From: an uncultured Bdellovibrionales bacterium
GTDB lineage: Bacteria > Patescibacteriota > Minisyncoccia > Moranbacterales > UBA1568
Direction: 5' to 3'
Assembly: GCA_964612055.1 (NCBI GenBank)
Contig: CAZTBI010000002.1
Coordinates: 80,296-144,295, forward strand
DNA: 64,000 nucleotides
The position numbers and the translations under genes are program-made. The first letter of the stretch is position 1; each line of letters begins with the position of its first letter. Shown here one piece after another: positions 27,934-36,806 of this stretch. The notes beneath the pieces were generated by a model. That model saw only the letters and a program-made list of their open reading frames with translations. It did not search any database and was not told the DNA's origin.

Positions 27934-28018
27934 GGAAAGGTGGCCGAGTGGCTGAAGGTACTCGCTTGGAAAGCGAGCAACTCGCAAGGGTTCGCGGGTT
28001 CGAATCCCGCCCTTTCCG
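27934..28018 (+). tRNA. tRNA-Ser (anticodon GGA)
   Basis: Acceptor GGAAAGG/CCTTTCC, D-arm GCCGAGTGG, anticodon loop TTGGAAA, long variable arm, T-loop GGTTCGAATCC. No encoded CCA. Confidence 0.85.
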
Positions 28019-28065
28019 CTTTGAGTAGGAAATATAAAGTGTTCGAATCCCTCCTCTTCCGCCAA

Positions 28066-28098
28066 AGAAAAAATGACGTCCTCGTGGCGTCATTTTTG
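28066..28098 (+). terminator. Intrinsic terminator after the tRNA
   Basis: ATGACG-TCCTCGTGG-CGTCAT hairpin followed by T5. Confidence 0.6.
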
Positions 28099-28107
28099 TT
28101 TTACTAC

Positions 28108-28136
28108 TTGACTTTTCTTTGATTTAGGTGTATAAA
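28108..28136 (+). promoter_or_regulatory. Promoter module P2 (TTGACT-N9-TTTAGGTG-TATAAA)
   Basis: -35 at 28108-28113 and -10 at 28131-28136. Confidence 0.55.
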
Positions 28137-28282
28137 ACTACTTCGAGGGGTTGTTTAAAAATATATGGTTTTGCCGTGGTTCCCTGATATTTTCCCTTGT
28201 AAAAGGCTTGATTGCAGGGAACTGTGGCAAAACTCATCCGAGAATTGCTTGAACAGTTCTTTCGGTAGACAGGAGGCGTTTC

Positions 28283-28822
28283 ATGGACAAGTCGACTTTG
28301 GGTGGTATTTCCGGCGGGATCTATCAGGTCATGCCGGTCACCATTGGCGGGGTAGCGAAGAGCGAGTTCCCGGCCTGGGTGCGCTCAGTGTGCGAGCTGA
28401 GCTCTTGCGCTGAGCAGGTGATGAGGAGTTCGCAGTTTGGCGTCCTGCCGAAACGGCAAGAGCGGATGCAGATCCTGCTCTCGGCCCGGCAATTGGGCTG
28501 GATCAGGAATCCGACGCTTACGGAGCTTTTCAGTACGGAGTTCCTCAAGCAGTGGAGTCTGGCCAATCTGGCTGGTCACGACATCAGTCTGAATTCGGCC
28601 GAGGTCGGGCCGCATCTGGCCATCCAGTACCAGGATCAGCCGGTGGTGGGCAGGGTGGCCATTGCCATGGACCCGATCGTCTGGTCCACGCTCAAGTACC
28701 CAGCACTCTTCCTTCTTGAGCGGACGAGCGAGACGACCTTGATGCTCATGGCCGATTGGCTCGATCACGAAGACGATATCCCGCTCGATCTCCCCTTCGC
28801 GTTTTGGCTCAAGTTGCGCTAA
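28283..28822 (+). CDS. Hypothetical protein (GC-rich orphan, about 60% GC)
   Basis: 179 aa. Strong SD AGGAGG 7 nt upstream. Terminator downstream. Confidence 0.5.
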   Translation: MDKSTLGGISGGIYQVMPVTIGGVAKSEFPAWVRSVCELSSCAEQVMRSSQFGVLPKRQERMQILLSARQLGWIRNPTLTELFSTEFLKQWSLANLAGHDISLNSAEVGPHLAIQYQDQPVVGRVAIAMDPIVWSTLKYPALFLLERTSETTLMLMADWLDHEDDIPLDLPFAFWLKLR

Positions 28823-28838
28823 GGCAACAGTGTCTCAT

Positions 28839-28876
28839 CCCGTGCTGGTTCGTAAACCGGCACGGGCTTTTTTTAT
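28839..28876 (+). terminator. Intrinsic terminator
   Basis: CCCGTGCTGG-TTCGTAAA-CCGGCACGGG hairpin followed by T8. Confidence 0.7.
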
Positions 28877-28951
28877 TACCAAATGAAGTGAATGAAGCGA
28901 AAGTTTACTTTCGTTTCTGAGCGAGTGCCGGTAAAAACGGGTGAACACCCG

Positions 28952-29266
28952 TTACAAATGTTTTTCGCCCCAGGTATTCAAAGCGCAGATAAGTGGTGAG
29001 AGACTTTTGCCACGTTTCGAGAGTGTATATTCTACTCGTGGCGGAACTTCCGGATAGACTTTTCGGATCACGAGTTCATCTTTTTCCAGTTCGCGCAGTG
29101 ATTGGATGAGCATCTTTTCGCTGACACCTGGGATAAGCTTTTTCAATTCCCCGTAACGCTTTTTGCCATCCGAGAGATGCCACAGAAGAATGGTTTTCCA
29201 CTTGCCGACAATCATACGGAGGGTCTTTTCGATCGCGCACGATGCTTTATCTTTGGCTTTTTTCAT
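28952..29266 (-). CDS. HxlR-family (MarR-like wHTH) transcriptional regulator
   Basis: 104 aa: CAIEKTLRMIVGKWKTILLWHL...PPRVEYTLSKRG. Confidence 0.85.
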   Translation of the reverse strand: MKKAKDKASCAIEKTLRMIVGKWKTILLWHLSDGKKRYGELKKLIPGVSEKMLIQSLRELEKDELVIRKVYPEVPPRVEYTLSKRGKSLSPLICALNTWGEKHL

Positions 29267-29366
29267 AGGATTCTGAGTAATTCTATACTTACTAATATGT
29301 AGGTACTTGCATTTTAGTATGCTTCCGTATAAAATGCAAGAGCATTATTCTTAACTATAAAAATAT

Positions 29367-29939
29367 ATGCTCAAAGTTAAAGTTATCTTAGGCAGTACCC
29401 GCGAGGGACGCCATGGAGAAAAAGTCGGGAACGTTATCAAGAAACTGGCAGAAGTACAGCCGGGGTGGGAGGTGGAATGTTTGGATTTAAAAGCATTGCA
29501 ACTGCCGATGTACGAGGATGCTACCTCGCCAAGCTTCCGAGAAAGTATTGATGGTTTGCCAGAAGTGGTGCAAGAATGGTCACGCAAAATCGATGAAGCT
29601 GATGCCTACATTATTATCACACCGGAGTATAATCATGGGTATCCAGCACCGCTCAAGAATGCTATCGATTGGTTGTTTAAGGAGTGGAACCGTAAACCAG
29701 TTGGCTTCGTGAGTTACGGAGCTATGCTCGGAGGTGGTCGAGCTGTGGAACAATTGCGCCAGGTAGTGGCAGAACTTCATATGACGTCTATTCGTTCACA
29801 AATGTTTTTCCCGATGGTGTGGGAAGCGTTTGAGGAGAATGGTGAACCGAAAGCGGAGGGGACCGCTGAACGAGCCAAGCACTTCTTCGAAGAATTGACC
29901 TGGTGGAGTGAGGCGCTTCAGGTAGCACGAAACAAGTAA
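29367..29939 (+). CDS. NAD(P)H-dependent FMN reductase family oxidoreductase
   Basis: 190 aa PF03358-like: KVILGSTREG, IIITPEYNHGYPAPLKNAIDW. Divergent from the HxlR gene. Confidence 0.8.
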   Translation: MLKVKVILGSTREGRHGEKVGNVIKKLAEVQPGWEVECLDLKALQLPMYEDATSPSFRESIDGLPEVVQEWSRKIDEADAYIIITPEYNHGYPAPLKNAIDWLFKEWNRKPVGFVSYGAMLGGGRAVEQLRQVVAELHMTSIRSQMFFPMVWEAFEENGEPKAEGTAERAKHFFEELTWWSEALQVARNK

Positions 29940-29960
29940 GAAGAGAGAAAGGACAAATAT

Positions 29961-30677
29961 ATGCAAACCGTTTTTCACGAAGCAACATCACGAGGCTATG
30001 CCAAACACGGATGGCTCGAAACCCATCATTCTTTTAGCTTTGCCTCTTACTATGATCCGGCACGCATGGGCTTTGGAGCGCTGCGGGTGTTAAACGATGA
30101 CGCGATTGCACCGGGAGCGGGCTTTGGTGAACACCCTCATGACAACATGGAGATTATCACCATCCCACTCTCTGGTGCTTTGAAGCATCAGGACAGTATG
30201 GGCAATAGCGCCGTCGTGACAGAAGGAGAAGTGCAGGTGATGAGTGCGGGCACTGGTGTGGAGCATGCGGAATTTAATGCCTCGACAACTGATCCATTGA
30301 CGCTCCTCCAGATTTGGATTCTCACTGTCAAGGAAAATGCGACTCCACGTTATGATCAAAAACGTTTTGATTTGGCACAGTTCCGCAATACTTTTTTTCA
30401 GGTGGTGGGAAACATGGAAACGGAAGGGATCCTTGGAATTCATCAAGATGCCCGATTGTCCCTCGGTCGTTTCGAGGCGGGCCAGGAAGTCGTTTATCCG
30501 CTTCCTACCTCGGGACACGGGGTGTACTTTTTCGTGATCGATGGCGAGGCGACGATCGCAGGGAAGAAACTTGCGACGAGAGATGCTTTGGGTGTCTGGG
30601 ATACAGAACAAGTCACGGTACAGGCGGAAAAAGAGGTCTTTCTTCTGGCGATTGAGGTACCGCTGAGTGAAGCATGA
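29961..30677 (+). CDS. Pirin family protein (cupin)
   Basis: HPHDNMEIITI metal-binding motif; bicupin length of 238 aa. Confidence 0.85.
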   Translation: MQTVFHEATSRGYAKHGWLETHHSFSFASYYDPARMGFGALRVLNDDAIAPGAGFGEHPHDNMEIITIPLSGALKHQDSMGNSAVVTEGEVQVMSAGTGVEHAEFNASTTDPLTLLQIWILTVKENATPRYDQKRFDLAQFRNTFFQVVGNMETEGILGIHQDARLSLGRFEAGQEVVYPLPTSGHGVYFFVIDGEATIAGKKLATRDALGVWDTEQVTVQAEKEVFLLAIEVPLSEA

Positions 30678-30717
30678 GAAGTGCTATACTGAAAAGGTAA
30701 GTAGTAACCTTTCGCGT

Positions 30718-31029
30718 ATGATGGGATTGGCAGGATTCATGGATTTCATCCGTAAGCAGGGGGTGGTAGGTTTGGCAGTTGGTTTCATTTTAGGAGGTGC
30801 CATTTCCAAGGTAGTAACAGCGCTTGTGACTGATATTATCAATCCACTCCTCTCTGTTTTCTTGGGCGCGGCTGATGGATTGAAGCAAGCACATCTCAGT
30901 GTCGGGGGCGTGGAGATTCTCTGGGGCGATTTCCTCAGTGTCACGATTGATTTCCTGATTATTGCCATGGTGGTGTACTACGGGGTGCGGGTCTTGGGGC
31001 TAGAGCATCTCGATAAGAAGAAAGACTAG
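30718..31029 (+). CDS. mscL: Large-conductance mechanosensitive channel MscL
   Basis: MMGLAGFMDFIRKQGVVGLAVGFILGGA pore-helix signature. Start taken at MMGL (30718). Confidence 0.8.
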   Translation: MMGLAGFMDFIRKQGVVGLAVGFILGGAISKVVTALVTDIINPLLSVFLGAADGLKQAHLSVGGVEILWGDFLSVTIDFLIIAMVVYYGVRVLGLEHLDKKKD

Positions 31030-31095
31030 ACTGTTCAAAACTCTTCCTTTTTTGGGAGAGTTTTTCTGTCTTCAAAAATATAATTAAAAACGACT

Positions 31096-32247
31096 ATGGC
31101 ACAGAAAAAGAAAAAAGATATTGGGAAGGCGTCGCTGGCACTGCACAAAAAGCTTCGTGGCAAGGTGAGTATTATGCCGAAAATCCAGGTCAAGAATAAA
31201 CAGACGCTCAGTCTGGTTTATACGCCGGGCGTTGGAGCGGTCTCAACGTACCTCGCTTCGCATAAGGAGAAATTGGCGGAGTACACGATGCAGGGGAATA
31301 CCGTCGCTGTTATTTCTGATGGTTCAGCAGTATTGGGATTGGGGAATATTGGGCCAGAGGGAGCGCTTCCAGTTATGGAAGGGAAGGCTTTACTTTTTAA
31401 AGCGCTTTCTGGAATCGATGCTCTTCCGATTGTGCTTGCCACTCAGGATACCGAGGAGATTATTCAGACGGTGAAAAATATTGCGCCAGTTTTTGGTGGG
31501 ATTAACCTCGAGGACATTGCCGCTCCGCGTTGTTTCGAAATTGAAAGACGTTTACAGGAAGAGCTCGCTATTCCGGTATTGCACGATGACCAGCATGGTA
31601 CAGCGCTGGTTGTTTTGGCTGGACTGATCAATGCCCTGAGAGTTGTGAAGAAACAAGCGAAAAAGATACGTGTTGTCATCGCTGGGGCGGGAGCTGCTGG
31701 GACGGCTATTGCTGAACTCATCATGCTCTTTGGTGTTGGAGATGTCACCATGCTTGATAGTCAGGGAGTTCTTTACCGTGGACGAAAGGGTCTTGATAAA
31801 GAAAAAAAGACGCTGGCAGAGAAAACAAATAAGACCAATATCTCCGGCGGTCTCGACGAAGCGCTGCTCGGAGCTGATGTCTTCATCGGCGTATCAAAGG
31901 GGGATACTGTAACAGCAAAACAGGTGGCCAGTATGGCTCCGAAATCCATTGTCTTTGCTTTGGCAAATCCAGTTCCAGAAATTATGCCGGATATCGCCAA
32001 GCAGGCCGGCGCTTTCGTGGTGGCTACCGGCCGATCGGATTTCGCGAATCAGATCAATAATTCCCTTGGCTTCCCGGGCATCTTCCGTGGCGCTCTTGAT
32101 CATAAAGTGCGCAGGATCACGGACAGCATGCTTATTCAGGCCGCAAAAAATTTGGCTGCTTTGGTGAAACAGCCCACCCCTCTACATATCGTTCCGGATA
32201 CGTTTGATACAAGAGTGGTCAAGGCGGTAGCAAAAGCTATTCGTTAA
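31096..32247 (+). CDS. NAD(P)-dependent malic enzyme (short form)
   Basis: SLVYTPGVGAVS, GAGAAGTAIA Rossmann motif and FALANPVPE. Confidence 0.9.
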   Translation: MAQKKKKDIGKASLALHKKLRGKVSIMPKIQVKNKQTLSLVYTPGVGAVSTYLASHKEKLAEYTMQGNTVAVISDGSAVLGLGNIGPEGALPVMEGKALLFKALSGIDALPIVLATQDTEEIIQTVKNIAPVFGGINLEDIAAPRCFEIERRLQEELAIPVLHDDQHGTALVVLAGLINALRVVKKQAKKIRVVIAGAGAAGTAIAELIMLFGVGDVTMLDSQGVLYRGRKGLDKEKKTLAEKTNKTNISGGLDEALLGADVFIGVSKGDTVTAKQVASMAPKSIVFALANPVPEIMPDIAKQAGAFVVATGRSDFANQINNSLGFPGIFRGALDHKVRRITDSMLIQAAKNLAALVKQPTPLHIVPDTFDTRVVKAVAKAIR

Positions 32248-32332
32248 AGAAATCTTTAGCAAAAGGAAGAAAGGTGTCATGAAAGTGACACCTTTCTGTG
32301 TTATAATGGAAGCATATTTTTAACGGAAGTCT

Positions 32333-32896
32333 ATGGAAAATGTATCTGCTCCCATTCCCCAAGCGAATAGTCCGAAGAAATCAAGTTTTATCAAGTGGTC
32401 CTTGGTGTTTGCTATTGCTATTGTGACCAATCTTTTCATTACGTATGCGGTGCAGGTACTCTACCCGGAGCCTCAGTATGAAGATTTTTGTCCACAAAAA
32501 CAGGTCAACAAGGCCCTTTCTGATGAAGCAACCTGCGTCTCAATGGGTGGACAGTGGAATGAAAATGTCATGAATGAAAAAGCTCCTTTTCCTGAGCCGG
32601 CTGGCTACTGCAACGAGGACTTTACTTGTAGTCAAACGTATCAGGATTCCTACAGTCTCTACAATCGTAATGTTTTCGTCGTCTTTGTTGTTGGGGGTGT
32701 CATTCTTTTAGCAGGGAGCGTCTTTTTGACGGGTTCTTCAGCCGCTTCCCTCGGTCTTTCCTTTGCTGGAGTGCTCGCCCTTATCATTGGTTCGATCCGC
32801 TACTGGTCTGATATGGATGATATTTTGCGAGTCGCGCTTCTCGGCATTGCTTTAGGCTCGCTTCTCGGCATTGCTTGGAAGAAGTTTCGCGATTAA
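32333..32896 (+). CDS. Hypothetical membrane protein with Cys-rich ectodomain
   Basis: 187 aa. TM near the N-terminus, 6 Cys in the extracytoplasmic segment, two C-terminal TM helices. Confidence 0.45.
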   Translation: MENVSAPIPQANSPKKSSFIKWSLVFAIAIVTNLFITYAVQVLYPEPQYEDFCPQKQVNKALSDEATCVSMGGQWNENVMNEKAPFPEPAGYCNEDFTCSQTYQDSYSLYNRNVFVVFVVGGVILLAGSVFLTGSSAASLGLSFAGVLALIIGSIRYWSDMDDILRVALLGIALGSLLGIAWKKFRD

Positions 32897-32906
32897 TCTT
32901 TTCTTT

Positions 32907-33509
32907 ATGGCTGAAAAACAAAATACAGGAGAAGTCGTTAGTATGGAAGAGGGAGAAAAAATCGCCACTGTGAGACCTTCCCGACAGCCGTTTTTTGGAA
33001 CACTTCTTTTTAGTGTTTTGGTTCTTATTATCCTTGTTGCCGTCGGATTACTGAGTTGGTGGGGATATCGTGGCTGGCGTTTTACCGAAGAGAGATCGAC
33101 GCTGCCTTCAATCGCGAGTTTGGAAGTGGTACCGGAAACACAAGAAAACACAGCGCCCGAGGAGGTAGCGAAACCAGTGGAACAGGCGCCAACTGCCTCG
33201 AAAGAGGAAGCTTTGAAAAAGGTTCAGGCGATAGATATAAAGGTAATGAATGGTGGTGCGGCTAAGGGAAGCGCTGGAATACTGGGTGAATCGCTAAAGA
33301 AAGGTGGCTACACCAAGGTTTCCGTGGGCAACACGACAGGAAATTATACAGGAACAGTTATCTATTTTGCTTCGGGCCTCGATCAAGAGGCGGCTACTCT
33401 CAAAGAAACACTCGTGAAGACGTATCCAAAGGTAGAAACGAAAGCAGCCCTTGCTGAAAATAAAGAGACATCCCTTTCGCCGCTCACGGTGATTCTCGGG
33501 AAGGAATAG
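32907..33509 (+). CDS. LytR_C (LytR/CpsA/Psr C-terminal) domain membrane protein
   Basis: N-terminal TM helix. C-terminal IKVMNGGAAKGSAG...TVIYF is typical of the LytR_C domain. Confidence 0.6.
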   Translation: MAEKQNTGEVVSMEEGEKIATVRPSRQPFFGTLLFSVLVLIILVAVGLLSWWGYRGWRFTEERSTLPSIASLEVVPETQENTAPEEVAKPVEQAPTASKEEALKKVQAIDIKVMNGGAAKGSAGILGESLKKGGYTKVSVGNTTGNYTGTVIYFASGLDQEAATLKETLVKTYPKVETKAALAENKETSLSPLTVILGKE

Positions 33510-33544
33510 AAGAAAAAAAGACAAACATCAACACGGTAGTCCGT

Positions 33545-35092
33545 ATGCACATTCGTACCAAGGTATTCCTGTCCGTTGGAGGAACGTTGCTCGTCCTCTT
33601 TTTTGCTGTGTATACTATTTTGTCGTATGTTCTTGAGGCGGACTTTCTTGATTTGGAGAAGCGTTCCGTTGAAGAAAATGTGCGCCGTGTTTCTGACGCG
33701 CTTGATAATAAGGTTGATGATTTGGTAGTGAAGGTCTCTGATTGGGGGCAGTGGGATGATACCTATGCTTTTGTGCAGGATGGCAACCAGGATTATATCG
33801 ACGCTAATCTTCAGGACGTTGCTTTGGAACTCCTCCATATCCAGTTTGTGGTAATTGCTAATGAGGAAGGCGAGATTCTGTTTAAGAAAGAAATTGATCA
33901 GGAAGGGAAAGACGTCCCTTTCTCAAATGATTTCGAACAGTATATCAAGACCCACCCCGTATTGACGACGCATACTGACGGACAGAGTGTGCATCCGGGG
34001 GTCATCACGCTTCCTGAGGGAGTTATTGTGAATGTGGCGCGAGCCGTTACTTCGAGTGACGGCCTCTCTCCGGTAGAGGGGACGATTATGTTTGCTTTTT
34101 TTATCGATGATGAAGTAACTGAAAAGCTTGCTGAACTCACGCACCTCGAGGTAGTGCTGAAACGTTATGAAGAGGCACTTGTTGATCCCGAATTCTCTTT
34201 GGCTGCTGAGAATTTGAAGAGTGAGCAAGAGGTATTCACAGCACCAAGAAAGGAGAGTGACACATTGGTTCGGGGATTTGCGCTGAAAGAGGATATTGAT
34301 GGTAAGAAGGCCTTGATTATTGAGGCGACTATGGAGCGTTCAGTATATGAGCGTGGTAAGCAAAGCCAGGCGCTCTTTGCAAAGATCATGATGGGCGTAA
34401 GTGTAGTGGTTATCGTAGTTGTGATTTCCCTTTTTGAATACCTTGTCTTGCGGCGATTATTTTATCTCGACAAGGCCGTTGAGAACGTGAGTCGGAGTAA
34501 GGGTAACGAAGTACACATTGCTCTTCCAGGGAAAGATGAATTCTCAAGTTTGGCCGACCGTATCAATACCATGCTCGTGACGCTTCGTGAGATGGAGGTA
34601 AAAAAACGAGAGAGTGAAAAACGTTTTCGTACCGTTGCTGACGCGGCACCAGTAATGATTTGGATGTCAGATATCGAAGGAAAGTATACCTACGTCAACC
34701 GTCCTTGGCTTGATTTTACGGGGCACACCCTTGAAGAAGAGTTGGGTTTTGGATGGCAGGCAAGTATTCATCCGGATGGTTTGAAGAATGTGATAGAGGC
34801 GTATCAGGGAGCTTTTGCCAAGCAAGCACCCTATAGTGTTGAATATCGACTGAAGCAAAAAAATGGTACCTATGGCTGGGTCTTTGCTCGGGCTATTCCT
34901 CACTTTGCCCTTGATCAGACCTTTCTCGGGTATATTGGCTCCTGTGTTGATATTACTGAAATTAAGCGAATCGAAGAACAGAAACAAGAGTACATAGAGG
35001 AAATGGAAAGTATGAATCGTATTATGGTGGAGCGGGAACTCAAGATGATAGAGTTGAAGGAGAAAATAAAGAAATTTGAAGATCATGCCTAA
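33545..35092 (+). CDS. Membrane sensor protein with extracytoplasmic domain and a cytoplasmic PAS domain (no kinase core)
   Basis: Two TM helices bracket a roughly 250-aa extracytoplasmic region, followed by a PAS fold (MIWMSDIEGKYTYVNRPWLDFTGH...). Confidence 0.7.
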   Translation: MHIRTKVFLSVGGTLLVLFFAVYTILSYVLEADFLDLEKRSVEENVRRVSDALDNKVDDLVVKVSDWGQWDDTYAFVQDGNQDYIDANLQDVALELLHIQFVVIANEEGEILFKKEIDQEGKDVPFSNDFEQYIKTHPVLTTHTDGQSVHPGVITLPEGVIVNVARAVTSSDGLSPVEGTIMFAFFIDDEVTEKLAELTHLEVVLKRYEEALVDPEFSLAAENLKSEQEVFTAPRKESDTLVRGFALKEDIDGKKALIIEATMERSVYERGKQSQALFAKIMMGVSVVVIVVVISLFEYLVLRRLFYLDKAVENVSRSKGNEVHIALPGKDEFSSLADRINTMLVTLREMEVKKRESEKRFRTVADAAPVMIWMSDIEGKYTYVNRPWLDFTGHTLEEELGFGWQASIHPDGLKNVIEAYQGAFAKQAPYSVEYRLKQKNGTYGWVFARAIPHFALDQTFLGYIGSCVDITEIKRIEEQKQEYIEEMESMNRIMVERELKMIELKEKIKKFEDHA

Positions 35093-36782
35093 GAAAATTT
35101 CTTCCCAGGAGAAGACCGGTGCCACTTCAGAAGAAGTGGTGTTTCCGCTTTCTAGTCCAATTGATGTCGAGGATTTGCAGAAGCGCAATCGCTTTCTCGA
35201 AGATACGAGGCGCGCTGTTTTCAATATTCTGGAAGATGTTTCTTCTTCGGAAAAAGAGTTGGAACGAAAGACAGAGGATCTCCAAAAATTTCGTCAGGCA
35301 GTCGATACGAGTTTTGACCACACGGTTATTACTGATGCCGATGGTCGCGTCTTGTATGCTAACCGCGCTGCTCAGATGATGACGGGGTTTTCTGAAGAAG
35401 AGATGATTGGGGCAACACCAGCACTTTGGGGAAAGCAGATGCCCAAAGAATTCTACGAAACATTTTGGCGTGCTATTAAGACAGAAAAGAATAGTTACGC
35501 TGGCGAGTTAACGAATAAACGTAAAGACGGCACGAAGTATCTTTCGAGCCTCCGTGTGGCACCGGTACTTGATGAAAAGGGAGGGGTGAAATTTTTCGTT
35601 GGCGTAGAACGTGATATTACTGAAGAGCGGAAGTCGCAGCTTCGTATTGTTCGGCATGCTGCCGAGCTTGAAAAAGCCAATGTTCATATCGCTGAAGAAA
35701 AGGAACGTGCCGAAAGCGTCCTTCGTTTTTTGAAATCGATCGGCGAAGGAGTGTTTGCGACTGATGAGAAGCGTCAAATTATTTTCATGAATGAAGCAGC
35801 TGAGCTTATGTCGGGCAGAGTTTTTGAAGGTGTCGGGAAGGGGCTTGTGAGTGATGACCTTGTTTTTACCCACAAAACACACTCTGGATCACAAAAGATA
35901 CATATTGCTAAGCTTGCTCTTGAAAAGAAAAGAACAGTCACCTTTCCCAACAAAACATTCATTCTCCGTGAGGAGAAGGAGATCCCTATTTCTGGAACCT
36001 GCTCCCTGATTCGTGATGAACATCAGGAAATTATCGGTACCATTACGGTTTTTCAGGATATTACCAAGAAGCATGAGCTGGATCAGATGAAAGACAGCTT
36101 TCTTTCGGTAGCGGCGCATCAGCTGCGTACACCGCTTGGAAGTATGCGTTGGAGTATGGAACTCCTCTTAAATGGTGATCTCGGGAAGCTTCCCAAAGAT
36201 GCGCAAGAGGTAGTGCAGCAGATTTATGACAACAGTCAGCGCATGATTCTTTTGGTGAATGACCTCTTGAATGTGGCACGTATGGATCAGAGTAAGGGGC
36301 GAGAGGAGAAGAAGTCTATGGATATAGGTGTCATTCTCGAGGAAGTTGTAAAAACACTGCATCCAGAAGCGGAAAAACGTGGTCTCAAGCTCTCTTTGAA
36401 GAAGCGAAAGAAGTCTTTCCCTGAGGTTGTTGTGCCGCCGAAGCATTTTTATGAGGCGATCGAGAACCTCATTTCGAATAGTATTAAATATAATAAAAAA
36501 GACGGAAGTGTCACGGTAATACTCGAAGAAGAAAAGAATGGCCTTTCGATTACTATTGCTGATACGGGTATTGGTATTCCAAAAGACGCACAATCGAAAA
36601 TGTTCTCTAAGTTTTTCCGCGCCCAGAACGCCGTGCTCAAAGAAACAGAAGGTAGTGGCCTCGGTCTTTCTGTGGTAAAATCGTATCTGGAAGAGGCGGG
36701 AGCTACAATTCGTTTTGAAAGTGAAGAGAACGTTGGCACGACCTTTTTTGTGAAACTCCCTTTTCAGCCGCTGAACTCATAG
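35085..36782 (+). CDS. Cytoplasmic PAS-PAS sensor histidine kinase (HisKA + HATPase_c)
   Basis: H-box SFLSVAAHQLRTPL, N/G-boxes (NSIKYNKKDGSV, DTGIGIP, GSGLGLS). ATG at 35085 overlaps the upstream stop (ATGCCTAA). Confidence 0.8.
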   Translation: MPKKISSQEKTGATSEEVVFPLSSPIDVEDLQKRNRFLEDTRRAVFNILEDVSSSEKELERKTEDLQKFRQAVDTSFDHTVITDADGRVLYANRAAQMMTGFSEEEMIGATPALWGKQMPKEFYETFWRAIKTEKNSYAGELTNKRKDGTKYLSSLRVAPVLDEKGGVKFFVGVERDITEERKSQLRIVRHAAELEKANVHIAEEKERAESVLRFLKSIGEGVFATDEKRQIIFMNEAAELMSGRVFEGVGKGLVSDDLVFTHKTHSGSQKIHIAKLALEKKRTVTFPNKTFILREEKEIPISGTCSLIRDEHQEIIGTITVFQDITKKHELDQMKDSFLSVAAHQLRTPLGSMRWSMELLLNGDLGKLPKDAQEVVQQIYDNSQRMILLVNDLLNVARMDQSKGREEKKSMDIGVILEEVVKTLHPEAEKRGLKLSLKKRKKSFPEVVVPPKHFYEAIENLISNSIKYNKKDGSVTVILEEEKNGLSITIADTGIGIPKDAQSKMFSKFFRAQNAVLKETEGSGLGLSVVKSYLEEAGATIRFESEENVGTTFFVKLPFQPLNS

Positions 36783-36806
36783 TCTTTATTCGTAGATTTT
36801 CTTCTT

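Noticed and set aside
35076-35092. Frameshift splitting a single sensor kinase into 33545-35092 and 35085-36782
   Set aside because: The junction is a clean ATGcctTAA overlap typical of translational coupling, and both parts have complete domains. Kept as two genes but flagged for checking.
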